NCBI GenBank assembly: GCA_963719225.1
Contig: CAVRAY010000001.1
Location: forward strand, 1,792,001 to 1,856,000
Length of the DNA: 64,000 nt
DNA from: Thermoanaerobaculia bacterium
GTDB taxonomy: Bacteria > Acidobacteriota > Thermoanaerobaculia > UBA5066
Reading direction: 5' to 3'
The position numbers and the translations under genes are program-made. Below the pieces are notes generated by a model, which worked only from the letters and a program-made list of their open reading frames with translations, was not told the DNA's origin and searched no databases. Shown in pieces: positions 46,606-57,039 of this stretch. Position 1 is the stretch's first letter; each line of letters begins with the position of its first letter.

Positions 46606-47766
46606 GTGGCGGCGAAAGCCGACGTAAAGGCCCCGCGTACGCGCCGGAACGGCGCCGGCGGTCGCGTCGTTCGCTTCCCGAAGGTCGCGGAGGCGGCCGA
46701 GAAGAGGCTCAAGGTCGTCGTCACCGGCGGCAGCGGCTTTTTCGGAGAGCGCCTCGTGCGTGCGCTGTTCGCGCGGCCCGACCGTGAGGTCGTGGTTTTC
46801 GACCTCGTGCCTCCGGCGGACATGCCGGAGGTGAGACATCGCTTCCTCGACCTGAACCTGCCCTTCGCCGACGGGACGCTCTTCAAGCTTTTGAAGGAGG
46901 AGAGGCCCGATGCGATCGTCCACCTCGCGCAGCTGCGCAGCCCGTCGCGCCAGACCACCTACGCGCACGAGCTGAACGCCATCGGCGCGCTCCACGTCTT
47001 TGCGGCTTCGGGGGAGGCGAAGGTCCCGCGCATCCTGCTCGGCTCGACGTCTCTCGTCTACGGCGCGCGAGGCGACAACCCGAACTTCCTCTCGGAGGAG
47101 CACCCGCTCCGGCCGGATCCTCAGGATCGCTTCGTGGGCGACTTCGTCGAGGCCGAGAGCCACGCCCGTACCCACGTGCGCCGCCATCCGGAGTCCCGCG
47201 TGCAGATCCTGCGGTTCGTACCGCTCCTTTCACCCGACGTGCGCGATTACCGGGCCCGGCTCTTCGCGACCCCGTTCTCGTGGCAGCTCCTCGGGTACGA
47301 CCCGCTCGTGCAGGCGCTGCACCCGGACGACGCCGTGGACGCGCTCGTGCGGGCGCTCGACCGGCCGGAAGCGCAGGGGGTCTTCAACGTCGGACCCGAC
47401 GGCGTCGTGCCTCTGTCCACGGTGCGCCTGCTCTTCGGCTCGCTCGGAGTGCCTGTTCCTCACCCGCTCGGCTACGCGCTCTACGAGGCCGCGTGGCTCG
47501 CGGGAGTGGGGCTGATGCCGGGCGTCCACGCGCACTATCTCCGCTATTCCTGCGTCGTGGATGGCGAGAAAGCCCGCCGCGTGCTGGGTTTCTCGGCGAG
47601 GCACTCGACGCTCGAGGTGGTCCTCGAGACGGCACGCGCGCGGTTCGGGGCGGGACGGCTCGTGGACTTCGACGCGGTCGCCGACGCGGCCCGCTCGGCG
47701 CGCTATGCCTCCGAACAGCGCGTCCGTCCCCGGCCGCGGGCGCGTGTCCAGGGAGCCGCCTCGTGA
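46606..47766 (+). CDS. NAD-dependent epimerase/dehydratase (extended SDR)
   Basis: VTGGSGFFG, IVHLA, VYGA..DNPNFL.E, GYDP.VQ.LH. Confidence 0.85.
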   Translation: MAAKADVKAPRTRRNGAGGRVVRFPKVAEAAEKRLKVVVTGGSGFFGERLVRALFARPDREVVVFDLVPPADMPEVRHRFLDLNLPFADGTLFKLLKEERPDAIVHLAQLRSPSRQTTYAHELNAIGALHVFAASGEAKVPRILLGSTSLVYGARGDNPNFLSEEHPLRPDPQDRFVGDFVEAESHARTHVRRHPESRVQILRFVPLLSPDVRDYRARLFATPFSWQLLGYDPLVQALHPDDAVDALVRALDRPEAQGVFNVGPDGVVPLSTVRLLFGSLGVPVPHPLGYALYEAAWLAGVGLMPGVHAHYLRYSCVVDGEKARRVLGFSARHSTLEVVLETARARFGAGRLVDFDAVADAARSARYASEQRVRPRPRARVQGAAS

Positions 47767-48758
47767 GCGCCCGCCGCCATCCGTCCCCGCACCCCGCTCC
47801 GGTCCTCTCCGAGCCCGCGCGCGACGCGGGCGCGACTCCCTCGCTCCTCCCGAAGAATCCGGAGGACCTGCAGCACCTGCTCCTGGGCGAGGCCGGCCGC
47901 TTCCTCGACACGCACCCGGAATTCAAGGGTCCGCGCGCTCTCGTGGACGTCTGGAACCTCTTCCGCAACCGGTCTCGCACGTTCCTGCTCGACGACTTCG
48001 GCTACGACGAGGTCGCGGCGAAACCGTGGGCCGAGCTGTTCGATTTCCTCTACACCGTGTGGTGGCGGGTCACGCTGAACGGAGTCGAGAACGTGCCGAA
48101 CACGGGCCGTGCGCTCCTCGTCGCAAACCACTCCGGGGTCCTGCCGTGGGACGGCGCGATGGTCAAGCGCGGGATCGCCCGCGAGCACCCGGCGCACCGC
48201 ACGGCGCGCATGCTCGTCCTCGACATGTTCACGACCTTGCCCTTCCTGCAGCCGTGGCTGCGCCACATGGGAGAGGTGCGCGCGTGCCCCGAGAACGGCT
48301 CACGGCTCCTCGAGCGCGACGAGCTCGTCGGTGTTTTTCCCGAGGGCGTCAAGGGCGTCGGCAAGCTCTTCCGCGACCGCTATCGCCTCGCGCGGTTCGG
48401 CCGCGGCGGTTTCGTGCGTCTCGCGCTGCAGACCGGATCTCCGATCATCCCGGTGGCGGTCGTGGGCGCCGAGGAGATCCACCCGAATCTCACGCGCATG
48501 GACTTCATCGGCAAGCCCCTCGGCCTGCCGTACTTTCCGCTCACCCCGACGTTTCCGCTGCTGGGCCCGCTCGGCGTCCTGCCGCTGCCGACGAAGTGGT
48601 GGATCGACATCGGTCGGCCGATCGCGTTCGATCACGGGCCCGAGGTCGCCGACCGTCCGATGATCGTGAACGAGCTCGCGGATCACGTCCGGTCGACGCT
48701 CCAGACGATGATCGACTCGCGCCTCGCGCGCCGCGGGAACCTGTTCACCGGGGAGTGA
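47763..48758 (+). CDS. Lysophospholipid/glycerol acyltransferase (PlsC-like)
   Basis: ANHSGVLPWD (HX4-6D), VFPEG, PIIPVAVVGAEE. Confidence 0.9.
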   Translation: MSARRHPSPHPAPVLSEPARDAGATPSLLPKNPEDLQHLLLGEAGRFLDTHPEFKGPRALVDVWNLFRNRSRTFLLDDFGYDEVAAKPWAELFDFLYTVWWRVTLNGVENVPNTGRALLVANHSGVLPWDGAMVKRGIAREHPAHRTARMLVLDMFTTLPFLQPWLRHMGEVRACPENGSRLLERDELVGVFPEGVKGVGKLFRDRYRLARFGRGGFVRLALQTGSPIIPVAVVGAEEIHPNLTRMDFIGKPLGLPYFPLTPTFPLLGPLGVLPLPTKWWIDIGRPIAFDHGPEVADRPMIVNELADHVRSTLQTMIDSRLARRGNLFTGE

Positions 48759-48779
48759 CGGCGGAGTTTCCGGGGCCTC

Positions 48780-50084
48780 TCAGGATCTCGTACGCGTTCC
48801 CGCGTCGAGCGACCAGCGCTCGAGGTCCGCTTCGAGCGCCGCGAGGGAAGCCGTCAGGCGCGTCGAGGTGGAGCCGCTCGCCCGGTCCGCGTGGAGCTTC
48901 ACGCGCGAGAGGTCGCGAGCGCAGGCGGGACGCAGGATGAGGCCGTGCTTCGCGAAGATCCGCTGGAACCTCCTGAAGTCGGAGTCGAGGAGCGCCATCG
49001 TCGAGCGGTAGGCGTACTCCGCGATGCGGATGCGCCCGGACGTGCGCATGATGTTGGTCATGTAGCGCGGCAGGTCCTCGGGCTTCGGCTCGAAGACGAG
49101 CACGTCGGCGTCGGGAGCCTCGCGCCGGTAGCGCGTGAGGCCGTACCGCAGGCGTGAGTGGAGCGTGACGCGGAAGACCTGATCGAGGATCGTCGGCAGG
49201 CCGCGGCTGCGCAGCGGGCCCGCTTCGTCGCCGCCGAGCCGCTTGACGGCGCCCTCGGGATGCGTGATGCGGACGGGGACGAGCGGGTTCACGCAGATCG
49301 TGAGGCCGCATCTCTCGCGAAGCGCGAGGGAGATGTGCGCCGTCTTCCGCACGCCGCCGTCGATGTAATCCGTACCGCCGATGCGGACGGGTCGGTAGAG
49401 GCCGGGGATCGCGCACGAGGCCGCGACGGCTTTGGAGATCGGCACGTCCTCGAAGCCCGGAGCGCCGAACTTCGCCGTCTCGCCCGTATCGAGGTCCACG
49501 GCGACGAGGCGAAGCGTCTTGCGCAGGCGGCGGAAGTCGTTCGTGCGACCTCCCTGGGTGAGCCACTTCTGCATCCAGGACTCGAGTCCCTGGTTGTGGA
49601 AGACGCCCGAAGGCAGGAGCTGCCCGAGGGATTGCACGAGATCCGTGAGCGTCGTCTCGCGGCGGTTCTTGTAGAAATCCCAGGCGGCGTCGAGGACCGT
49701 GAACGGGGCCGTCGCGAGGCGGGTCGCGATCTCGCCGAGGTTCAGGCCGAAGAGCGCGAGGTCGTCGATGTCCGTGCGCATGCCGGCCGAGCGCGTCACG
49801 TTCCGGAAGAGGACGCCGGGCGTGACGCCGTTCGCGAGGAGGGCCGAGATGTAGGCGCCCGCCGAAACGCCCACGAAGACGTCGAAATCGGTGATCGAGA
49901 CGTTCTCGAGCCGGTCGTCGAGGGCCGCGAGGGCGCCGATCTCGTAGATCGCGCCGGTGACCCCGCCGCCGGCGCATACGATGCCGAGGCGCTTCTTGAC
50001 GGGCGACGGAAACGGCCGGAAAGACTGCTCGGAAAGAAGTCCCGCGAGCGTCTCGGTCCCGGGCGGTTGGGGGCGGCCGGCCAT
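48780..50084 (-). CDS. Patatin-like phospholipase/esterase
   Basis: AGGGVTG, GVSAG, IDGG. Confidence 0.9.
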   Translation of the reverse strand: MAGRPQPPGTETLAGLLSEQSFRPFPSPVKKRLGIVCAGGGVTGAIYEIGALAALDDRLENVSITDFDVFVGVSAGAYISALLANGVTPGVLFRNVTRSAGMRTDIDDLALFGLNLGEIATRLATAPFTVLDAAWDFYKNRRETTLTDLVQSLGQLLPSGVFHNQGLESWMQKWLTQGGRTNDFRRLRKTLRLVAVDLDTGETAKFGAPGFEDVPISKAVAASCAIPGLYRPVRIGGTDYIDGGVRKTAHISLALRERCGLTICVNPLVPVRITHPEGAVKRLGGDEAGPLRSRGLPTILDQVFRVTLHSRLRYGLTRYRREAPDADVLVFEPKPEDLPRYMTNIMRTSGRIRIAEYAYRSTMALLDSDFRRFQRIFAKHGLILRPACARDLSRVKLHADRASGSTSTRLTASLAALEADLERWSLDAGTRTRS

Positions 50085-50099
50085 CTTGTTTTTCGTAAT

Positions 50100-50129
50100 A
50101 AAAAAGGCGCCGCCTTTCGGGCGGCGCCT
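50100..50129 (-). terminator. Rho-independent terminator after the phasin gene
   Basis: Minus strand AGGCGCCGCCC-GAAA-GGCGGCGCC-TTTTTT. Confidence 0.75.
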
Positions 50130-50155
50130 CGCAGTCTATCCGATCCGGCCTCCGC

Positions 50156-50668
50156 CTACCGGCTTCGCCGCTTCGCGGGTGCCGGCTTGCGGCTCTTCAA
50201 GGCGTCGATCTTCCTGCCGAGGCCGTCGACCTTGGCCGAGAGGGAGCGGAGCTCCTTCCGCGTGGGGACGTTGAGGCTGTGGAGGCCCTTCTCGACCGCC
50301 GTGCCGACGGTCTCGGTCATGTTCTTCGCGACGCCCTCGGCCCGGCGCGCCGCCTCGGCTCCCGCCTTCTGAACGCGCACCTGGACGTCGCCGCCGACCT
50401 TGCCGGCGTTCTTGCGAAGCATCTGACCGAAGTCCCGGCCGGACTCCATCACGTCCTCCACGAACGCACGGGGGTCCTTCGCGAGAGATTCGCCGGTCTT
50501 CTTGAGATCGCGCGCGGCGACCTTGACCTTCTTTTCCGTCTGGACCGCGACGTTCTTCGCCTTCACGCTGAGGGCGTCGAAGCGGCTTCCCGCCGTCTTC
50601 AGAACTTTCTCGACGGGCGCGGGGACGTGGAACGGCAGCTTTGGAGCGGCCTTGCGTGTGGTTTTCAT
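50156..50668 (-). CDS. Phasin-family (PhaF/PhaI-like) granule protein
   Basis: Amphipathic helix; LHSLNVPTRKELRSLSAKVDGL C-terminal motif; basic tail. Confidence 0.75.
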   Translation of the reverse strand: MKTTRKAAPKLPFHVPAPVEKVLKTAGSRFDALSVKAKNVAVQTEKKVKVAARDLKKTGESLAKDPRAFVEDVMESGRDFGQMLRKNAGKVGGDVQVRVQKAGAEAARRAEGVAKNMTETVGTAVEKGLHSLNVPTRKELRSLSAKVDGLGRKIDALKSRKPAPAKRRSR

Positions 50669-51384
50669 ACGGTTCTCCTTTTCTTCAGGCGGGTGTTTCC
50701 CCGGTTGTTGCGAGGTGACGCCGCGGCGCGGCGTGGTGGCGGCTGTTCTGAGAACTTCGAGGGGAAAGCCCTCTTCGCGAGCGACTCGAGCTCGGCAAGA
50801 CGAGTCTTGAGATCATCGATCTCCTTCGCGAGGCCGGGCTGTGTGCCCGGGGTCAGCCGGCTCGCGATGTCGCGGACGCTGCCGACGATGTCGGAGAGGC
50901 TCTCGCGGAACACGAGACCGACGTCTTCGCGCAGGCGCGTCCCCTCTTCCCAGGTGAGCCGGCCCTTTTCGACGAGCCCGCCGACGATCTTCTCGACGTC
51001 CTGGCGGGCGTCCTCGAACCGGCGGGTGAGCGGGGCCAGGGTCCGGCCCAGGCGCTCGGGGCGCGAGGCGCGGCGCAGCTTCTCCGCGACGCGGGCGCCG
51101 CCGACGCGCTCGACCGCCTCGGCGACGGTTTCGGCGGCCTCGCTGCCCGCTCGCAGGAGCCGCGTCAGGGTGTCGGCGGAGGCGACGACGGGCGCGTGGC
51201 CGGACACGAGCGCGCGCGAGAGGATCTTCACCGTGATGTCCTCGCCCGTGTCCGCGTTGACGACTTCCACGCGATCCCCCTGGGAAACCGCCCGGGCCAG
51301 GTCCCCCAGCGTCACGAAACGGCGTTCACGAGCCTCGTAGAGCTTCCGGTTGCGGTATCGGACGATTCGGCGCGGATCGCTCAT
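50665..51384 (-). CDS. phaR: PhaR-type DNA-binding domain fused to a phasin-like region
   Basis: IVRY.NRKLY...RFVTL, VV...TGEDIT..IL; LVEKG.L..EEG phasin-like segment. Confidence 0.8.
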   Translation of the reverse strand: MSDPRRIVRYRNRKLYEARERRFVTLGDLARAVSQGDRVEVVNADTGEDITVKILSRALVSGHAPVVASADTLTRLLRAGSEAAETVAEAVERVGGARVAEKLRRASRPERLGRTLAPLTRRFEDARQDVEKIVGGLVEKGRLTWEEGTRLREDVGLVFRESLSDIVGSVRDIASRLTPGTQPGLAKEIDDLKTRLAELESLAKRAFPSKFSEQPPPRRAAASPRNNRGNTRLKKRRTV

Positions 51385-51394
51385 GGAACCAATA

Positions 51395-51444
51395 TGACGC
51401 GCTGCGTAATCCATGTCAAGGGAAATTTTGACGCATTGCGTCAA
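51395..51444. promoter_or_regulatory. Two TGACGC-N3-GCGT(C/A)A palindromic operators
   Basis: TGACGC-GCT-GCGTAA 51395-51409 and perfect TTGACGCA-T-TGCGTCAA 51428-51444. Confidence 0.65.
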
Positions 51445-51469
51445 TTCCCGGCCCGGCTAACATGAGGCC

Positions 51470-53152
51470 GTGCAGGGCACCCCGGCCCCGACTGCGTTCT
51501 CGCCGCCCTCCCTCCCGAGAGGGACGTCCCTGACGTGCCGTTCGTGGCTCACGGAAGCCCCGTACCGGATGCTCCTGAACAACCTCGATCCCGAGGTCGC
51601 CGAGCGCCGCGAGGACCTCGTCGTCTACGGCGGGTCGGGAAAGGCCGCCCGGAATCCCGCGTGCCTCGAGGCGATACTCGAAGAGCTTCGCCGACTCGGC
51701 GACGACGAGACCCTGCTCGTGCAGTCCGGAAAGCCGGTGGGGGTGTTCCGGACCCACGCCGACGCTCCGCGCGTCCTCATTGCGAACTCCAACCTCGTGC
51801 CGCACTGGGCGACGTGGGACGAGTTCCGGCGCCTCGAGGCTCTCGGTCTGACCATGTACGGCCAGATGACGGCGGGCTCGTGGATCTACATCGGCACGCA
51901 GGGGATCCTGCAGGGCACGTACGAGACCTTCGCGGAGGCGGCGCGCCGCGATCTCTCCTCGCCGGACGGTTCTCTCGCCCGGCGCCTCGTCGTGACGGCG
52001 GGGCTCGGCGGCATGGGTGGCGCGCAGCCGCTGGCCGCGACGATGTGCGGGGGAACGGCGCTGGTCGCGGAGGTGGACGGGGCCCGGATCGACAAGCGGC
52101 TCGCGACGCGCTACGTCGACGAGCGCGTCGACGACCTCGACGGCGGAATCGACCGCGCCCTCGCGGCGCGGGACCGCGGAGAGGCACGCTCCTACGGCGT
52201 CCGCGCGAACGCCGTGGACCTCCTCGAACGGCTCCTCGCGCGCGGCCTCGTCCCGGATCTCCTGACGGATCAGACGTCCGCGCACGACGAGCTGAACGGC
52301 TACGTTCCGCACGGCCTCCCGTACGAGGACGCGCTCCGTCTCAGGTCGGCCGACCCCGAGGCCTACCGCCGCCGCGCGATCTCCTCGATGGGAGCGCACG
52401 TGGAGGCGATGCTCGCGCTCAAGTCCCGCGGCGCGGTGACGTTCGACTACGGAAACAACCTGAGGGCCGGGGCCGAGAAGGCGGGCGTGACGAACGCGTT
52501 CGACATCGCCGGCTTCGTTCCGTTGTACATCCGCCCTCTGTTCTGCGAGGGCAAGGGGCCGTTCCGGTGGGCGGCGCTCTCGGGGGATCCCGGTGACATC
52601 GCCGAGACCGATCGGGAGATCCTGCGATTGTTCCCCGAGAACGCCGCGCTCAGGCGCTGGATCACTCTGGCGGGTGAGCGGGTCTCGTTCCAGGGGCTGC
52701 CCGCGCGCATCTGCTGGCTCGGGTACGGGGAGCGGGCCCGGGCTGGGCTCGCTTTCAACGAGCTCGTGCGCTCCGGCCGGGTGAAGGCCCCGATCGTGAT
52801 CGGACGCGACCATCTCGACTGCGGCTCCGTCGCGTCTCCGAACCGGGAGACGGAGGCCATGGCGGACGGCAGCGACGCGATCGCGGACTGGCCGGTGCTG
52901 AACGCGCTCCTGAACACCGCCTCCGGCGCGACGTGGGTCTCCTTCCATCACGGCGGCGGCGTCGGGATCGGCTACTCGCTCCACGCCGGGATGGTCGTCG
53001 TCGCGGACGGGACCGAGAAGGCCGCGGCGCGTCTCTCCCGCGTCCTCACGACGGATCCCGGCATGGGCATCGTGCGCCACGCGGACGCCGGCTATCCGGA
53101 GGCGCTCGCCTGCGCCGCGCGTCACGGGATCCGGATCCCGATGGCGCGCTGA
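51470..53152 (+). CDS. hutU: Urocanate hydratase
   Basis: [55 protein letters not shown]. Confidence 0.97.
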   Translation: MQGTPAPTAFSPPSLPRGTSLTCRSWLTEAPYRMLLNNLDPEVAERREDLVVYGGSGKAARNPACLEAILEELRRLGDDETLLVQSGKPVGVFRTHADAPRVLIANSNLVPHWATWDEFRRLEALGLTMYGQMTAGSWIYIGTQGILQGTYETFAEAARRDLSSPDGSLARRLVVTAGLGGMGGAQPLAATMCGGTALVAEVDGARIDKRLATRYVDERVDDLDGGIDRALAARDRGEARSYGVRANAVDLLERLLARGLVPDLLTDQTSAHDELNGYVPHGLPYEDALRLRSADPEAYRRRAISSMGAHVEAMLALKSRGAVTFDYGNNLRAGAEKAGVTNAFDIAGFVPLYIRPLFCEGKGPFRWAALSGDPGDIAETDREILRLFPENAALRRWITLAGERVSFQGLPARICWLGYGERARAGLAFNELVRSGRVKAPIVIGRDHLDCGSVASPNRETEAMADGSDAIADWPVLNALLNTASGATWVSFHHGGGVGIGYSLHAGMVVVADGTEKAAARLSRVLTTDPGMGIVRHADAGYPEALACAARHGIRIPMAR

Positions 53153-53160
53153 CGCACTTG

Positions 53161-56100
53161 ATGCCGCGCGCGCGCCGCACCGCCGTCTTCTGGCTGTTCG
53201 CCGCCGCGCTCGGCGCGCTCGGTCTTTCGCTCGCCGCGCGCCTCGCGCCGGCGGGTGGTGCGGCCCGGGACGCGCGCGCCGCTCTCTTTCTCGGATCGGC
53301 GGAGCGATCTCTGGAACGCGATGCCGAGACGCTTCGCCGGACCGCGGGACGGATTCACGCCGGGCGGGAATTTGCGGCCATCGCGGACGGCGGCGGCGCG
53401 GAAGTGCGTCCCGCGAAGCTTTTCTCCATCCTGGGGGAGTCGTTGCCGAAGGGGCCCGGCTGGGGGGCGGTGTTCTTCGACCGCACGAGCCGCCCGGTTG
53501 CCTGGGCGGGGGAGGCCGCGGGGCTCGAGGCCGAGCGGGGGCCTGCGACGTCGGGATACGTCACGTCCTTTCACGTGACGCGCGTGTTTCTCGGCTATGT
53601 CGCGCCGCGCGGCGAACGGGGGGCGCGCGGCACCCTCGTCGTCACGCGACGCTATCCGACCGGGATCCTCCGGCCTGACCTCATCGAGTTCCTCGCGCTC
53701 GAGGAGGGGCCGACACGCCTCCGGATGCGCGTCACGGCCTCCGAGAGGCGCGACCGGCTGCTCGCGCTCTCCCTCGAGAGCTCCGAGCCGGGACTCGCAA
53801 ACGAGGACGTGAGGCGTGCGCGGGCCTTCAGGCCCGCCCTGCTCCTGGCGTTTCTCACCATCGCCCTCGGGTGGGCGGCGAGACATCCCGTCGCCGGCTT
53901 CGTGGCCGCCCGGTGGGCCCTCCTCCTCGGAACGCCGCTCGGTGCCTCCGGGGCCTTCGCCGTCGGATGGAATCCCCCGTTCCTGCTCGGGCTTTTCGGA
54001 ACGCCCGCGGATGCTTTCCTCTCGGGCCTCGCGGCCCTCGTTCTCGCGCGATCGTTTATGGGGCGGGCACGCGGGCGGCCCGGTGGGCCGTACGGCCTTC
54101 TCCTGGCGATTCCCGTCGCTCTCGCGCCCGGTCTCCTCGGGCGAGCGGCCGCCCTTCTCGCGCCGGGTTCCTTCGACACGATGTCCCTGATTCCACCAGG
54201 GCTGCCGGACTTCTTCGTGCAGACTGGTCTTCTCGCGCTCGCGGCGGCGGTCCTCGCGTGCGCGTCGCTCCTTCCGAAGCCGGGGGCGGCGCGACGGAGC
54301 CGCATCGCGACCGCGCTGGGGCTGGCGGCGCTCGTGGCCGCACTCGCCTTCGCCGGATCGCCGTTGCATCTTCTTTTTCTGATTCTCGCGTCCGTCGCGT
54401 TGACGTTCGCGCTCGCGCGCCGGGTGCGTCCCTCTGTCCGAACCGATCTTCTCTCCCGAGCCGCGACCGCCGTGTTCGTCGTCGCCGCCTCGACGCTCCT
54501 CTTCGCGGCCGGACTCGCGGACGGGCGCCTGAGACGCGTGGACGCGGCGATCGCGAGGGCCGAGGTCCTCGCCCGAAGAGACGGCGCTGCCGTACGGGCG
54601 GAATCCGTACGGCGCTGGGAGCGCCGGGTGGCATCGCCGTCCCTGGAGCCGTGGCTCCCGGCGGGGGAGCGCACGCAGCGGGATGATCTGGCCCGCGCTC
54701 TGTGGGCGCGGGGGGCCGACGAATCGTTTCCCGAGCTCGGAGACACGCTCACGATTCGGAGCCCGGGCGGAGCCACGATGTCCTCCTTCGGCGTGATCCG
54801 ACCGGGACGCCGCACCCAGGATCTGGTCTCGCCGGCGGTCATTCCTGCGGCATTTCCGGCGGAGTTTCGCCACGTACCCTGGCCGCGGGAGCCCGAGCGG
54901 GACCCTCTCCTGTCGGCCGTCGCGTCCCGCGACGTCCCCGACCGTGTCGCCGTCGAGCGACTCGAATGGGACGCCGCCGGGCGGGCGACGGGATCGCGCG
55001 GCGACGGCATCGAGATGCCTGACCGGATTCTGGGCCGCGCCCGCCGATCCGGGGAAGCCGTCGAGACCCTCTCGACGCCGGACGGACTGCGCCGCGTACA
55101 CGTCCGGACGGCCGCCACGGGCTTCACGGGATTCGGGGCTCCGGCTGAGACGAACCTCGCGGTTGCCGGAGCCGCCGTGGCGGCGGGTGAGGCGGCGCTC
55201 GTCATCCTCGTTCCCATCCTCTTCGTCGGCATGCCGGCTCTGGGTGTCGCGTGGCGATTCCCGCGGCGTTTCTTCGCGACGTTCCGCGCGCGTCTGGTCG
55301 CGCTCGTCCTGGTCTTCGGCGCTCTTCCGCTCGCCTTGAGCGTCGTGTTCGTGCGGATCGCGCTCGAGGGCCACGCGTCGGGAGAGACGGCACGGCGCTC
55401 GCGCGACGTGGTTTCCGAAGGGAGGCGCCTCCTGGAGGGGGACGCGGCGGGCGGAGCTCTCTCTCCGGAAGCCGCGCTGAATCGCGCCGCCGCGGTCGTC
55501 GGCTGGGACCTCCTCCGCTATCGGGACGGAACGCTCGTCGCCGCGTCCCGCGCGTTACCCGTCGCGGCGGAGGTGGCGCGCGAAAGGCTTGCCTCTCCGA
55601 TCGCACAGGAGCTGGCGGAAGGACGGCCTTCGGCCTTCGCGGCGCGAGGCGCTCTCGCCTCCGGCGGTCCGCGGGTCGTGGAGGCGGCGGAAGCGGTCTC
55701 GGGGGACGGGCGTGAGGCGCTCGCGGTCGTCGTCGCCGAGGACGAGGCCGTGCGGTCCGCCGCCGACGCGCTCCTTCTGCTCTCCGTGGCGGTCGCGCTC
55801 GCGGCCGTGGGCCTCGGAGGCCGGGCGGCCCTCGCGCTCGGAGAGCCGCTCGAGGAGCTCATCGCGGCCACCGCGAACGTGGGCGAGGGACGCCCGCTGC
55901 CTCCGCTCATCCGGCCCGCCAACGTGGATCTCGCCCGCCTCGTCGACGCCTTCACCGAGATGTCCGCGCGCGTCGAGGAGCGGACGGAATCCCTGGCACA
56001 GGAGCGAGCGTCCGCCCTGGGTCTTCTCGGGAATCTCACGGCCGCCGTCTTGCTGTTTCGGCGGGGCGACGGAACCGTTCTTCTCGCGAATCCGGCCGCA

Positions 56101-57039
56101 GATCGGCTGCTTCCGGGCGGCAGCCTGGCCGAGCGGCTCGCCGGCGCCCGGTGGGTCGCTCTCCGATCGGCTCTCGAAGAGGCGATGATGCGCCCGTCGC
56201 CGTACGAGACGCGCGTGACGATTCCGGGGCCGTCGGGTGAGCGGTTCTTCCGCGTGGCGATCGTGACGCTCCCTGGAGAGGAGCGCGCCCCTCGCGTGAT
56301 CCTTCTGCTCGAAGACCTCACTGATTTTCTTCGCGCCGACAGGCTCGCCGCGTGGGTCGACGCCGCCCGCTCGATCGCCCATGACATCAAGAACCCCCTG
56401 ACGCCGATCCGGCTCGCGGCCGAGCGCCTCCGGCGCTTCGAGGTCAAGCGCGAAGCGCCGCCGACGGGGGCGATCGGAGAGGTCGCGGCGGGAATCCTCC
56501 GGCAGGTCGGAATCCTCACGGATCGGATCGGCCGCCTCGGGCGGTTCGGCGATCCTGCGGTGGTCGAGCGGCGCGTTCTGGCGCGCGCAGACGTCGCCCG
56601 CCTCCTCGACGAGGTCGCCGCCGACTTCCGGGCGCACGAAACGCTCGCGATCGAGACCGAGACGGATCCGGCCCTTCAGCCCTTCGCAGCAGACCCCTTT
56701 CTCGTCCGCGACGCGCTGACGAACTTCGTCGTGAACGCGGTCGAGGCCATCGGGACCGCGCGAGGCCGCGTCCGACTCTCCGCCCGAAACGCGGCGCTCG
56801 ACTCCGGCGAGGCCGCCGTGCGCTTCACGTGCGAGGACGACGGCCCGGGCGTCCCGGAAGACGTCGCGGGGAGGCTCTTCGAGCCCACGTTTTCGACGAA
56901 GTCCCGCGGGTCGGGGATGGGCCTCGCGGCCGTGCGACGGGCGGCGGAGCATCACCTGGGAACGGTGTTCGCGCATGCGCGCTCCGGCGGCGGGCTCGTC
57001 GTGGGCTTCACGCTCCCCGCGCTATCATCCCCTTCGTGA
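53161..57039 (+). CDS. Very large multi-TM HAMP/PAS histidine kinase (NtrY-like core)
   Basis: AHDIKNPLTPI, NFVVNA, DDGPG, FSTK..GSGMGL; many TM helices; start at ATG 53161. Confidence 0.85.
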   Translation: MPRARRTAVFWLFAAALGALGLSLAARLAPAGGAARDARAALFLGSAERSLERDAETLRRTAGRIHAGREFAAIADGGGAEVRPAKLFSILGESLPKGPGWGAVFFDRTSRPVAWAGEAAGLEAERGPATSGYVTSFHVTRVFLGYVAPRGERGARGTLVVTRRYPTGILRPDLIEFLALEEGPTRLRMRVTASERRDRLLALSLESSEPGLANEDVRRARAFRPALLLAFLTIALGWAARHPVAGFVAARWALLLGTPLGASGAFAVGWNPPFLLGLFGTPADAFLSGLAALVLARSFMGRARGRPGGPYGLLLAIPVALAPGLLGRAAALLAPGSFDTMSLIPPGLPDFFVQTGLLALAAAVLACASLLPKPGAARRSRIATALGLAALVAALAFAGSPLHLLFLILASVALTFALARRVRPSVRTDLLSRAATAVFVVAASTLLFAAGLADGRLRRVDAAIARAEVLARRDGAAVRAESVRRWERRVASPSLEPWLPAGERTQRDDLARALWARGADESFPELGDTLTIRSPGGATMSSFGVIRPGRRTQDLVSPAVIPAAFPAEFRHVPWPREPERDPLLSAVASRDVPDRVAVERLEWDAAGRATGSRGDGIEMPDRILGRARRSGEAVETLSTPDGLRRVHVRTAATGFTGFGAPAETNLAVAGAAVAAGEAALVILVPILFVGMPALGVAWRFPRRFFATFRARLVALVLVFGALPLALSVVFVRIALEGHASGETARRSRDVVSEGRRLLEGDAAGGALSPEAALNRAAAVVGWDLLRYRDGTLVAASRALPVAAEVARERLASPIAQELAEGRPSAFAARGALASGGPRVVEAAEAVSGDGREALAVVVAEDEAVRSAADALLLLSVAVALAAVGLGGRAALALGEPLEELIAATANVGEGRPLPPLIRPANVDLARLVDAFTEMSARVEERTESLAQERASALGLLGNLTAAVLLFRRGDGTVLLANPAADRLLPGGSLAERLAGARWVALRSALEEAMMRPSPYETRVTIPGPSGERFFRVAIVTLPGEERAPRVILLLEDLTDFLRADRLAAWVDAARSIAHDIKNPLTPIRLAAERLRRFEVKREAPPTGAIGEVAAGILRQVGILTDRIGRLGRFGDPAVVERRVLARADVARLLDEVAADFRAHETLAIETETDPALQPFAADPFLVRDALTNFVVNAVEAIGTARGRVRLSARNAALDSGEAAVRFTCEDDGPGVPEDVAGRLFEPTFSTKSRGSGMGLAAVRRAAEHHLGTVFAHARSGGGLVVGFTLPALSSPS

